A stretch of DNA of 64,000 bases from Lophium mytilinum (lineage: Eukaryota): NCBI GenBank assembly GCA_010093605.1, contig MU004201.1:248001-312000 (forward strand). Direction: 5' to 3'. The notes beneath the pieces were generated by a model. That model was not told the DNA's origin. It ran no database searches and saw only the letters and a program-made list of their open reading frames with translations. Both the position numbers and the translations under genes were made by a program. Every line of letters begins with the position of its first letter. Within the stretch, counting starts at the first letter, position 1. Shown here piece by piece: positions 25,782 through 39,900 of this stretch.

Positions 25782-27080
25782 TATTATAGAACTAAAGGGG
25801 TGTTATAGGAAATATGTTATTAATTATAACTATAAAGAATCTATAAGAAGCTAGAGCAGCGCTAGCTCTAAGGTTATAGTATAGCTAGGTGTTATAAACT
25901 GCCCGTTTACCTAAAGATTACACTAAGGGACTTTAGGGGGAGAGTCTAGACAGTTAGGTTTCTACTTACCTGCTAGTTAACTGTGTTACGGGCTAATATG
26001 TAACACGAGGTTTAAGTGTAAATAAGTAGAACATTGGAAGGGAGGTGGCTTTAATAGTATTAGAAGTATGTAAAGATAGTTAAGATACTTAAGTTATAAT
26101 TAATTACTGTTAAATTCTATATGCTAGATATAAATATAAAAGTTAAGTATAAAGAATAAAAGATAATAGGGAATCTTCTAGACTCTTATAGTTATTTAAT
26201 CTTTATATAATTTAGTCCTGCTTTCTCTATTCTCCCTAATCTCTATTCTTAATGCAAGATTACCAAGATTAGAGAGATTACCCTCTGCTCTCCTTAATTT
26301 TACCCTTAGCGTTTGTGCTAAGCAAGATCCGGGAGATTAGTTACATAACCTTGTATTCTATAACTGCTACCTTTTCTAGTTGCCTTTCTACTATTCTCTA
26401 AATACCCTCCTGTATATAGATACGGCTGGAACTGCATCCGTCTTATTATACTAGGTCCCCTTAGATTCTAGTACCTCCGTCCTAGGACTGCACTCGTTCT
26501 AGGACGTTTGTCCTAGGATAGCCTATATCCTAGTATACTATTAGTCCTAGGACATCTATTCTAGGGCTATCCTCCTTCTAGAACGCTTATCCTAGGATGG
26601 CTTGCCTCCTAGGTTTATAATACTAGGGTGCATAGACTAATAGCAGTTATATAATAGCCTACTTACGTAATAGCGCGCGAGCTGCGCGCCTACGCGGAGA
26701 GTAGAATATAGCTATTATACCTCCCCCCCTCTTAAAGAACTACCTATAGTTCTTTAATAGCTATCTATTCTTCTATATAGAATAGAAAGGCTATAGAATA
26801 ATAGATAAGGCTATAGGGGCTAAGAAAAAGAGAAAAGAAAAGTTTATAGGCTAAAGAGACTATAAAAATAAGAATAGAAAGACTAAACTTTTATAGTAAG
26901 GCTACTACACTAAGTAAAATAGTAAGGCTACTAAGTTAAGTAGGTATTCTATAGAGGTTATGCGCGTTCTTTATAAAGGACTATAACTATTAGTAAGCTA
27001 AGTAACTTACCTAGCTACTATTCGCGCGTGCAGTAAAGCTTCCTCTTTATTTAAGCTTAGGAGTCTTTAATAGAAGAGCC
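25782..27080 (-). mobile_element. Long (~940 bp) 3' LTR (25782-26719), PPT and 3' UTR of element J, inserted in I
   Basis: CCTCCCCCCCTC at 26720-26731 is a minus-strand PPT. Non-coding sequence interrupts the RT of I. Internal CCTAGGA-core repeats at ~26470-26620. Confidence 0.6.
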
Positions 27081-27089
27081 TGGTTTTAT

Positions 27090-28301
27090 TAACTTAGCTA
27101 CTAGTAGTAAGGTATTAGGTTTATAGCTAAGAAAAGGGTTGTATTTTTATTAACAAGGTTATATAGAAAGGAGAAAGGCTCTAGCTACAGGCCTACTATA
27201 TAGTTAAGTGCGCGCCGGTAGAACTCTAGGCGCCGGTAGAACTCTAGGCGCTAGAAGAACCCTCGGCCTAGAGATTATATAACGTCCGTGCATGTAATAG
27301 CCCCTAGATTTAATAACTACTAAGAGAATACTAAGGAATAATATAACACGTGCCCCCCCTTTTAAAAATAAAGCTCCTATAAGGACTATAGACGTAAAGA
27401 GAAAGACTTACTATTTAAACTTATATATTAGATAGCTAATATAGGCGTAGCTCTATATATAGATAGAGCGTGCTAATAAAACTAGTGCAGGTAGGCATCC
27501 TTAATTAATTCTACTATGTAATAGTAGTATAGAATCTTAGGATGTATTAGACTATTATAATAATATAGTAATATTCTAGAGGTTCTACTAAGTAGGTGGA
27601 GTCTAGTCTTTTAGTTTACTAAAGTAAGCGGGCAGTTTAGGTTTCCGCGGGCTGTAATAATAGAAGTTAAAGACCTTATAAAGGCAGAACTTAAGGTTCC
27701 TAGATAGTTGCTAGAATCTATATAGCCGTGCACTGCTAATATAGTAAACTTTATCTTAGATGTTATTATCTTTAACGCGTAAGTTAATAATTTAAGTAAC
27801 TGTAAATTCCTCTACTAGCTTATTATTATCCTCTTATTAGATTAGCTCTAGTAGTAGTATAGGCTCTAGGGAATCCTATCCTTTAATAGGATTAGAAGTG
27901 TTAAGCTATAATAATAAACGGTAGAAGATGTTATAGATCTTAGTATCTAATAGCAGGCCTAATTAGAAAGCCGCGCCGTAATTAGTAACCTTATTAACGC
28001 GGAAGGGGCCTATAAACTTATTATTAAGGGCCTTCTTAGCGCGGTCTACCTTAATATTCTTAGTATTAAGCTAGACTATATTATTAATATATATATCTAC
28101 TACTATATTATAATAGCGGTTAGCTTAGTAAGCCTATTTCTCCTAGGCCCATGTAATATAGTTCTATAGATAGACTTTAATAATCTTAAGGCGTTGGGCT
28201 ATATTATTTATTAGAAGATAACCCCTATATTTACTTAGGCTACGCCTTCGTACTAAGCTTGTACGCTAAGTAAGGCTTAGCAGAATATTAAAAACTCTGC
28301 G
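27090..28301 (-). mobile_element. 3' fragment of Gypsy K: integrase C-terminus, chromodomain-like region, PPT and 3' LTR (LTR starts at 27348; far end uncertain)
   Basis: Minus-strand GPFRV (GPY/F motif) ~28000; EEFTV..II ~27810; PPT CCCCCCC ~27353-27359; 18-bp tandem repeat x3 in the LTR at ~27212-27265. Confidence 0.7.
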
Positions 28302-31300
28302 TATAATAGAACCCTTCTTTCTTCCTTTATAGATTCTTGCTATAAAGTAGCTACCTGCCTTAAGGTATACTTAATAGCAACCTATATCTAAAACCTTATA
28401 TTAGAATCTATTTAAACCCTTCCCTCTATACGTATAAGCTTACGCCCCATACAATCTAATAAAAATAATAGACCACCGCCTAGAATAACTAGCAAGCTAC
28501 CAGCCCTTAATAGAAGGTCTGCTTAGTATTATTAGAAACCTTAGCATCTAATTAGAGGCTATAGATAAGGCCCTTAATACTAGCTAGAGTACTACTAATA
28601 CTACTATTACCCGCATAATAGAAATAATAACAGCGTATAACTAATACCTAGCTTAATTCTTTCTACCCTAAGGCACCTATACCCCCGCTAAGCCGTGTCT
28701 AATGCCTCCGCCTCTAATAATAACGCTAACGCCCCTTCTACCTCTTAATAAATAGCTCTTCCCCAGTATTATCTAAAGCCTTGCCTTTCTAATGTTAACA
28801 TGTACAACTATAAAGATCCCAGCCTATTTCTATTCTTTCTTGCCTAGCTAAACTCGAAGTTTAAAGTAGATAGAGATAGCTTTAGAAATAATAGGTAGAG
28901 ATACTAGTACTGCTTTAGATAACTTAAGGGCGTAGCTACTAAATAAGTCTTCCCTAGATAGAAGCTAGGGAGAATACTTATATAAACTATATAGGGGGTT
29001 TACTAACTATAATAGAGCTAGTAATATATATGCGTATAACCTTTAAAGACTCTATAAAGAAAGAGAAGGCTACTTTATATATAATAAGAATCTTCTAAGA
29101 AAATAAAAACTCTATAAGAATTCCTCTATAGCTTTAACTAGACCCTCTTAGAAGCTAATAGTTAGAACTAGTTAGATAATATAAAGATTAACTGTCTTAA
29201 TAGAGCTATTTTGCCTAAGATCTATAATATAATAGTTACTATTACTTCTTCTATCTTATATAAAGACTATAAAAGGCAACTAACTACTATTAAAGATAGG
29301 CTGCATAAAGTACAATATATATAGAAATATACGCGTCTAAAAGACACTTATACCCCTTAGACAATAATAATAATAATAACAACATCGGCCTAATAAGCTA
29401 ATAGATTAGATTAGAAACCTATAAAGGCTCGAGCAGCTAAAATAGAAAGTATATAATATACCTAGTAGGTTATAATAGATAAAATCTAGTAAAGATAGAT
29501 AAATAAAGCCTATCTGCGCTATAGGAAGAAACGCCATCTTATCTCTAAATGCCGGCTACTCCTAGTAAAAGGTCCTGCGCAAGCGGCAGTTGCGTTACTC
29601 TAAAAGGAAGATAACTTAGATAATAACCCCCCTAACTAGGGAAAAGAGTAGCTTCTACCTATAGCTATAGATAGAAGCCGCCTATTAGACAAAAGAAATT
29701 AGCACTAGATTAGAACCTATTTAAAGAAAACTATATAACCTTGGTACCCTTTACTATCTCTACTACTCTTATTAATTAATTGTATAATATATGAACTATA
29801 GTAGATACTAGGTGCCTTTACTATAGGTTAATTAATGTAAATACTGTTAACCGTCTTTATCCTAAGCGCATCTCTATCCCCTCTCGTCCTATTATAGGCG
29901 TAGGAGGTTAAGCAGAAGAAATAAATAAAATTATACAACTCGGCTTTAATATTAAAGGATATTAAAAAAACGCCTTCTTCTATATTATAGATAATACCTT
30001 AGGAGTAGACCTAATCTTAAGAAGACCCTAAATAAATAAACACGACGTATAAATAGTACTAAAGAAGAAGACTCTCTTTATCTATTTATCTAGAGTGCGC
30101 GTATAAAGTAATAAAGGAAAAACAAAGCTATAATATAGCTACTGCGCTATCTTAGCCGCTGCATATATTCATAAGAACTAGAAAGCGAGGATAAATAAAG
30201 CTATTTAAGTATTCGCTGCAAGTCTTACGGATATTAATAAGGCCTTACAGCCTAAGAAGAAGATAAATAACTAGAAAATATAGAAGAAACTTCCTAGCTA
30301 GATAAAGGATAAGTTTCTAATATTTACACTATAGAAAGCTGTAAAGCTCCCTCCTCTATAAAAGCCTAGAAATAGACTACACTATTAAACTAGATTATAC
30401 GCCTGAAGGAAAATAAGTTAAAGTTCTTTAGGGGCCCTTCTATAGTATATTAAGAGAAGAGCTGCTAGTTCTTTAATATACACTTACTAACTTCTTAAAT
30501 AAGAACTTTATCTAAGTAAGTAACTTAGCCGCTGCCGCCCCCATCTTATTTATATAGAAGCCTGGAGGAGGCCTCCGCTTCTACGTTAACTACTACGCCC
30601 TAAACTAGATTACTAAAAAGGATTATTATCTACTCCTTCTTATCTAGGAAACCTTAGCCTAGATTAGTAAAGCTAAATAGTTTACTAAACTAGATATCTC
30701 GGCCGCCTTCTACTGCATCCGCATTAAAGCTAGCGATAAGTAGAAAATAGCCTTTTATATATAATACAGCTTGTATAAGTAGATAGTAACCCCCTTTAGC
30801 CTAGTCGGGGCCCTAAGCACCTTCTAAAGGTATATTAATTAGACCCTTAAAGGGTTCCTAGACGAATTCTACTTAGCCTATATAAATAATGTACTTATCT
30901 ATACTAATAGAACCTAAGAAGAACACTAATAATAAGTAAAGAAGGTACTTAAACGTTTAAACAAAGCTGGCCTCTAGCTAGATATTAGAAAGTGCGAATT
31001 TAAAACTACGCGTATAAAGTACTTAGGTTTTATTATTAAGGTAGGTAAAAGAACCTAAATAGACCTAGAAAAGGTGAAAGCCGTATAAGAATAGGAAGCC
31101 CCTATTTTAGTTAAGGGAGTCTAAAGCTTTATTAGATTTATAAATTTCTACCGCTACTTTATTAAAGATATTTTAGAGGTAGCTATGCCGCTTATCTAAC
31201 TTATAAAGAAGGACCTCTTATTCTAATAAACAGACGAAGAATAATAGGCTTTTAAGTAACTAAATAAAGCCTTTATTTTTAAATCTATCCTTATAAGCTT

Positions 31301-33640
31301 TAACCCCAATTATACTACTATTCTAGAAACTAACGCCTTAGGTTATACTAGAGGAGGAACCCTCTTCTAGATTAGAGAGAATAGTATTCTATAACCTTAT
31401 GCCTACTTCTCTAAGAAATACCTACTAGCTAAGTATAACTATAAAATCTATAATAAAGAAATGCTTACAGTTATCTATTTCCTTAAAGAATAGAACGCTA
31501 AGCTACGCTCTATATAGAAGTTTATAGTTCTTACTAACTATAAGAACCTAGAATACTTTATATCCCCTAGAAAACTTAGTAACTAGCACGTATAATAGTC
31601 CTAGATCCTTAGCCGTTATAATATAGAAATAGAATACCGGCTAGAAAAGGTTTATAATAGAGTAGACGCCTTTATACAACGCGAATAAGATATGCCTAGC
31701 GACTACATTAATAAGAGGGTTTAGTCTTATGTATTCTAGCTTCTTAAGCCTACCTACGCCGGCTACGTATAAGCTATCCTGTTAATTGCAGCAGTATATA
31801 TGCAACTATTAGATAAACTACGCAGTTTAGAAGACCTCTAGGAAGAAGGACTTAAGAAGGACTATGATTATACTAACTGCGTTAAGGCTATTAGTATAAA
31901 CGCACAACGCTTCCTTCTAGAGCTTAAGTTAAAAGTATCTATTACTAAATGCTCTCTTCTTACTAAAGACACTATTACCTTCTAAAAGCGGCGCTAGGTT
32001 TCTAACTATAAACTCCTTTATACAGCTCTTATTAATAGGTCTTACGTCTCCCTACTAGCAGGTTACCTAGGATAAGATAGTTAGTATTCTATTCTAGCCC
32101 GAGACTTCTTCTAGCTAGGGATATTAGACGATATCCGGAAATACATATAAAACTGCAATAGTTATAGATAAACTAAGCCCTAGAAAGAATAGAAATACAG
32201 ACTTCTAAAGCTACTCCCTATCCTAGATTATATATAGAGAGAAATCTTAGTAGACTTTATTATAGGCCTACTAGAAAGTAATAGATATATAAACCTAATA
32301 GTAGTTACTAATAGGTTAAGTAAAGGAATTATTATGGAACCCCTCTCTAATATATAAGCTAAAACTATAGTTTAGGTATTTATATATATAATCTTTATAA
32401 ACTACAGTTTTATATCCGCTATTATATCTAATAGAGGCGTGCAGTTTATAGGCGACCTATAGATAGAGGTCTATAGAATTATAAATATTAAGTAGAGACT
32501 CTTAACTGCCTATTATCCCTAAACTAATAGAGCTACTAAATAAATAAATAGTACTATTAAAGCATACCTTTATACGTAGGTAAACTACAAATAGGATAAC
32601 TAGGCCTAGCTTTGCCCTATGGCATAGCTCGCATTTAATAGACGAGAAGCAACAGTAATAGGAGTTAGCCTGTTCTCCCTTAGCTATAGATACTATTTAG
32701 AAACTCTTACCTTTAAGCTAGACCCTTATATAATAGATGCGCCCCTAAGGGACCCTAAAGAATAAGAAGAATTAATTACTAGAGCCCTAAAAGCCGCTTT
32801 TAAACTCACCTAAGTAAGCATAGCCGAGGCCTAGCAAGAGTAAGAAAGACAAGTAAACTAGCACTGTACGTCGGCACCTGTTCTATAAGTAGAAGATAAA
32901 GTCTAGCTAAAGCTAGGGAAGCATATATTACTAGGCCGTCTAAGTAAAACACTTAACTAGAAGAATATAAAATATATAGTAACTAAAGTAATAAGCTCTT
33001 ATAATACATAACTAGATACTCCTAGAAATATAGAATCTGTATTTTATATAGACCGGCTACACCTAGCCTCTAATAACCCCCTTTTAAGCTAAGCTATAGA
33101 TAATTTACAACCCGAGGCCCTAATAGTAGATAGGGAAGAAGAATATAAAGTAGAAGATATTATCTAAGAGATCTAGAAGAAGGTTAGATAAGGCACTTAT
33201 ACAACCTATATAGTAAAACAGGCTGGCTACACCTAACCCTTTAAAACTAACACTAATAATATAAAAAATACTAAGGCTCTTAACTAGTAGGAAGCTCTTA
33301 CCGCGGAAGTATAATAACTAGATAGTACTCTTCTACCTAGTTTCCAGCGCCTATAAAGCTTTATAAACTTCTTACTATATAGCTCTCTAGAAATATTAAG
33401 AAGGAGTTAAGTAGTAGCTCTCTAGAGATATTAAAAAGAAGTTAAGTAGTAGCTCTCTAAAGATATAGAGAAGGAGTTAAGTAGTAGTATAGACTAGCTT
33501 AAGTTAGTAGGTAAGGCGGAGCCTAATGCTCCGTATAAAAGAAGACTTATACTAAAATAGGCCGTACTTCTTTATATAATAGGAAAAAAAAACTTATAAA
33601 AGAATAAAAAGAAAGAAAAGATAAGATTTAAATTTATTTA
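28302..33640 (+). mobile_element. Gypsy chromovirus L: short 5' LTR (~28302-28400), gag, pol; no matching 3' LTR
   Basis: Canonical CCHC ~29510-29552; GGGAAAA frameshift site 29639-29645; protease VDTRC ~29800; RT AAAPILFI.KPGGGLRF ~30530; integrase ~32000-32700; chromodomain EEYKVEDII ~33137; 35-bp tandem repeat x3 at 33381-33487. Confidence 0.88.
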
Positions 33641-33820
33641 ACTTTTAGGGGTATCGTTAATTTCATTTCTTAAGCTAGAAGTAAACTTCCTCTAATCTAT
33701 TCTCTACTATTATCCTTATCTAAATCTAACTTATTAATTCTACCACCTTTATCTCTACTGTTATCTAACTCTTTAACCTTAGGGATTCTACACCTCTTAT
33801 TATAATCCCTCTACTTATAA

Positions 33821-36800
33821 TTCTAATAATTTATTAATATAGCTCTCTATAAGTATCTTAATAAGTACGTTATAGCTTACCTTAGTAATATTCTCGTTTA
33901 CAGTAATAGCGTAGAAGAATAATAAGAATATATTAAAGCGGTTCTAACTAGGCTATAAGAATCCGGCCTCTACGCCAATATTAACAAGAGCGAGGTCCAC
34001 GTTATAGGAGTAAAGTTTCTCAGTCTTATTATCTCCACAAATAGAATAAAGATGGACCCTGTAAAGCTAGAAGCTATCTATAATTAGTAGGTCCCTTAAA
34101 TAGTAATAGGAGTCTTAGAATTCCGAAGTTTTACTAGATTCTATTAATAGTTTATTGCCGGATACTTATTAATAGCCCGCTCTCTTACTAACTCGGTAAA
34201 AGGAACCGGACCCTTAAGGGGGAAGCTAATTAAGGTTATTATTACTCTAGAATTTAAAGCTACTTTCTAAAAGCTAAAAGACGCCTTTAAAGGTAATTAA
34301 ATCCTTATACCTTTTAACCCTAATAAGATAATGTACGTCTTCTATAATAGCTTAGAATAGGCTATAGAAGGAATACTAAAGTAGAAAGGGGCCGATAGTA
34401 TTCTATACTCTATAGTCTTCTTCGCTAAGAAGTATAGCCCTGCAGAGTCTAACTATAATATCTATAACTAAGAACTAATAGCTATTATTTAAGCTTCTAA
34501 GGAGTTCCGGCCGAAACTTATAAGTATTAACCCTAAGAATCCTATTTAAGTTATTACTAACTATAAGAACCTAGAATCTTTTATAACTAATAAGTAGCGT
34601 AGCCGCCGGTAGGCTAGATAGAGCCTATTTCTTTCCCAGTTTAACTTTAAGATTCTCTATTAACCTGGGATGGAAAACGTTAAAGCTAATACTCTTTCCC
34701 GGAAGAAATAAGATATACTAGCAGGCGCAGATAATAGTAGGCTTACAGTAAACTATTAGGCTATCCTTAAGCTATATAACCTAGCTAAAGGAATAAAGCC
34801 GTTTGCGCCTAAGGAAGCTATTATTACTGCACTTACTATACTTTCCCTTAGCACTAAAGATAATTAGCTAGACAACTACGTTACTAATAATACTATTAAT
34901 ATTATACGCCTCTATCTAATAGAAGAAGGGGACAATAATAAAGAAGATAACTCTAAAGAGAGCATTAATTAAAAATCTACCTTAGTAGAACCCCTAGAAC
35001 TAGATAGACCGCCTATAGTAGAGCTAATAGCTACTGCCTACGCAGAAGATAAGATCTCTAAGGAGATCTTCCGCATACTAGAGGACCCTACAGGCTCCCA
35101 ACGCTGCATGCCTAAGTAGTTACTTAAAGCTAGATACTACTTCTCTCTAGCTAACTATGCTATCTAAGGATTATAGACTAATATAGTAGATAACCATTAA
35201 CTTCTAGTTAATAGAAAGGTCTTTATTTCTAGTAATAAGCCTCTACAACGCTAACTATATATAGAATAGTATAATTACCCTACTACAGGATATAAGGGGT
35301 ATAAGCGTATATATTTTACTCTTATCTAGTACTACTACTAGCTATATATAGTAAAGGAAATTAACTAGTTCTATAATAACTATACTATCTACTACTATTC
35401 TAAGTACTCCTAAGATAAGAAATATAGTTTCTTAAGGCCCCTACCTATCCCAAATAAGCGCTAGCAGTATCTTAGTATTAACTATATTATTGCTCTACCT
35501 AAATACATCTATAGAGGTATTATATATAAGCATATTATAGTAGTCTATATTAGACTAACTAAACGCTGCTACTTTATTCCTATAGATAGCCTTAGCTCTA
35601 AGGCTCTTATATAAGCCTTCCTTCCTATCTTTATACTTTATAGAGTCTTAGTCTATCCTCTCTAATAGAGGAAGTAACTTTATCTCTAAGTTTTAGAGAT
35701 GGCTCTACTAACGCCTAGGAATCTCTCTTAAGATATCTACCGCCTTCCACCTAGAAATAGATGGTTAAACTAAATATTCTAACTAAGAACTTAAAGAATA
35801 TCTTTAGAAATATATTAATTACGCATAAGATAACTAGGTAGACTAGCTATCTATTGCGGAATTCTAAGTAAATAATACTATTTATGCCTCTACTAGTATA
35901 ACGCTCTTTTTTATAGATACGGGCTACTACCCTAGCACCGGCCTTAAACTAGCTACCGCTGTTAATCTAGATCTAAGTAGTAGAGGTAAGGAAGAAATAT
36001 AGATTGCTAATAATATTACTATATCTATAGAGAACCTTACTTAAGTTCTTTAAGAGAATCTAGCTTAGGCTTAGAAATAATAAGCTAAGTACGCTAATAT
36101 ACACTAAGCAGATGCTCTACTATTTAAGATAGGAGACCTAGTCTATATCGATACTAGGAACTAGAAAACAGAATAACTAGCTAAGAAACTTAGTAATAAG
36201 TACGCCGGCCCTTACCCTATTATCTATATTATACTAGAAAGTAAAGCTATATAAGTATAGCTTCCTAAACATCTTAAAGTAGAAGGGATATTTAATATCT
36301 TCTACTTTAACCTTCTACGCTTATATAAGCCCGACTCTATTCCATTATAGACTTAACCTAAACTATAACCTATCTATATAGTTTAGAATAAAAAAATAAA
36401 GACGCAAAAAGAAGAGTACCTTATAGATAAGATTATAGATAGCCGCTATATTAGATAAGGAGTTTAATATAAGATTAAGTAGGTAGATAATTCTAAGTAC
36501 TACTAGAAGCCTTCTAAGACGTATATTAACTACTATAACGCTTAGTTATTCTACTAGAAGTACCCGCGTAAGCCCCGCCCGCCCACCTAAGTTCTACCGC
36601 CCGGTTAGATACCCTAGAAGGAGGATTAAGATAATTTTTATAGTATTAGCAGTATGCAGCTAGCTAGATTAGGCTGGAGAAACGCTTGCATAGTTAATTT
36701 AGTTTATAACCTTCTTTCCTTAGCTACTCCTTATAGGAGCTTAGACTTAAAGGAAAGAAAGGTAGTATTAGGCCTTATAAGGCCTTTTCCTTTATTTATT

Positions 36801-36970
36801 ATAGGACGGGCACGTAGGTTACGTGCCCTTGCGCCTCTTAGCACGCTAGCGCATTAGCGCGCGCACAGCAGTGTACTTCTAGCTACTGCGCTCGCGTTTC
36901 TTTTCTCTCTTTATCTTACAACCTCTATAGTATAGTAATAGAAACCTTACCTTTCTCTATATAGCCTACA
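33821..36970 (+). mobile_element. 3' half of Gypsy G1 (RT C-terminus, RH, IN, chromodomain, PPT, 3' LTR 36766-36970)
   Basis: KMDPVKLEAI ~34050; RNase H; integrase; EEYLIDKIIDSR ~36412; PPT AAGGAAAGAAAGGTAG; LTR TATTAGGC...GCCTACA. Confidence 0.85.
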
Positions 36971-39900
36971 AGTCTTTATAAAAGTAGTATATTTTAAGTT
37001 TAAAGAAATTATCTATTTAGTAATACTATATTTAAATACTATGTAGTAGTATAAGATTTATTTTTATAAAGTAATCTACTTCTAGTAACTATAAAGACCT
37101 TCTTAGGAGTTATATATTATAAAAGAATCTAATAACTAATATAGCTATTTAATACCTTCTTAAATAGGTTAGTTTAAGATAAACTACTATATATATATAT
37201 AATAGCGGCTATACTATTATATTAGAAAATATTAGTTATAATAATTACTTTATGAATATACTAATAGCTCTATAACTACTTTAATAGAGAGTTTTCTTTT
37301 CCTTATAAAATAGTTATTTAAATATTCTTTTTAAACTAAATCTATTTATAATATAATCTAAATATTAAAATATTAATTAGCTAGAAATATACTATGAAAA
37401 GCAATACTAGAGTAATTAAATCTTTTTAGATTAAAGGTAAGGTATATAGAAAGCGAAACAAGTTCTATAGAATAGTTATTAATTCGTAAAGTACTAATAA
37501 AGGTTTATTAGAGTATTCTATTAGAAACAACTACTTTAACTTTATTATAATCTTATCTATATTTTATAAATATATAATTAAGAAATTACACTTACACTAT
37601 AAATGCATTTTTTTCATATATTTCAATTAAAGTAATAGTATTACTAGTATATATAAAAGTGTATATAAATCTAGATATTAAAATCTAGATTGAAACTTAA
37701 CTACCTAGAAATATTAGAAGCTTCTCCTTTATTAAATCTATAGACTATTATACTTAAAAACCATATTTTCTAGCGTTATGTATACTATTTGTCTAGTTCT
37801 ATTAATAGTGTCTGGTAGGGTTGGCCTCCTAGCAGATAAATAATAGAATTAAACCATACTTACTATTACTATAAAAAATCATTTCCTATATAATTAGACA
37901 ATTTCTATCCTTTTTATTGGATTCTAAAGCTTTTATATAAGCTATTCTATACACATTTATCACTCAATAAAATCTAAATAGTAAGTTATAAGTTTTAGAT
38001 AGTTTCTTAATACTAATAGAATCTATATAGGTATTAAAATAACTAATATATCTACAACTATCTTCCCCTTAAGAATCCTAGTAATAAAGCTATTCTAAAA
38101 TGCATATAATAATGAAAGAAAATGCAGAATCTACTTTATCTCTATATACTTATTCATACTCATACTATATATAACTATAATTTAAAATAAAATATTTTAA
38201 AGTATATACTTATTAGATTGGGTTCTATAAAAACTTATTCTTTAAGTAATAAAATATATATAGTATTTATAGTATAAAAGCTATAGTAGTTATTTAGATA
38301 AAGCTATATACTTTTAAATACTTATAGAAAAGAATAAAAATAAATTTCAAGTAAGCTAATTTATACCTATTAAGTAAAAGCACTTAGCTAATATATATAG
38401 ATTATTCCTATTAGTTTAAATTCAACCGTTCTTCTCTTAAATACATATTATAATCTAGTTTATAACAAAGTTATTTAAAATAAAACCTAGCATATAGTAT
38501 AATAATCTAAAACTACTTATAATATATTAGACTAATTTTAATTATAGTACTTTAAGTAGACAGTTTATATAGATACTCTTAGTACATAGTATAGAGTAAT
38601 AGAATAGCTCTAGTAAAGAAGAGAATTACTAAGTTAAAATAAAAAGCTTAGGTAATTAAAAGACTTTTAATAAGAGATAGATACTTTTACACTTATATAG
38701 AACTATTTAAATAAAACGTCTTAATATATTTAGTATATATATACATAATAATCTAGTAGAAGAAAGGGTTTTATAGCTACTTTAAATAAGCTAACCTAAT
38801 GCTACAACTACTATTACAATCCTAAGAATAACCTATAAAACCCTTTCTTCTTCNNNNNNNNNNNNNNNNNNNNNNNNNNNNNNNNNNNNNNNNNNNNNNN
38901 NNNNNNNNNNNNNNNNNNNNNNNNNNNNNNNNNNNNNNNNNNNNNNNNNNNNNNNNNNNNNNNNNNNNACTATCCACTATTTAAAATCTTAGTATACTAG
39001 TATTATTCTTAGCATGTATACTTAATATTTAATACTATTTATAATATAGAGCTAGTAGTTCTATTACTTTACTATACTATTAGGGGTTAAGATTAGAACG
39101 TTAGAATACTACATTAGATAGTCTTAACATTAATAAAAGATAAATATAGTAGAGAAAGAGGTTCCTAGAACAGAAGTTATTATAACCTAACAGCCGGAGT
39201 ACTATTCATCTATTCTATAGAACTTCTATCATTTAACTTCTACTTATATACTCTAGAGTATATATTTATTTATAATATTTAATACTACTATCTATTTATC
39301 TATCTAGAATTCTAATAAGATTATGTATACCTATACTATATATATAAGTATTCTATAAAGTTAGTAAGATAAATAGATATACTAGTTCTTGAGAGTAGTA
39401 ATTTATATAAACTATAAAAGTTATATAGTAATATATATTAGTTATAGAAGAAAAATGTAATTATATTTATAGTATCTTAGAAATATAACCTAGAAAGTGC
39501 CTCTAGGCCCTACTTAAGGCCCTTTAGATAACTATACGCTCTCTTAAAGTACTATAAATAGTGCTAGTAGTATTATAGTAGGTTAATATAATATAATATC
39601 TAAAACGTAGCTCTTCTAGGGCTAATATTAATAATAACTCTAATACTATCTAAAGTTCTTTAAGAATGCCTACTAAAGCATCTAAAATACCTCTAAAAAG
39701 TCTAGAATATATAGATTTAACCATAGATAAAGCTACTTTCTCCCATTTATTTTTATTTATTACATTCTATTATACTAGTGTAGCTTCTATTAGAGTCTAT
39801 ATAGCTGTTCTATCTAGGCTCATTTATAAGGGGAAACTGTTTGCTGCCAGGTAGCATTTAGGTAAAAACCTTATCTTCTATTATATCTACCGCGGAGCGC

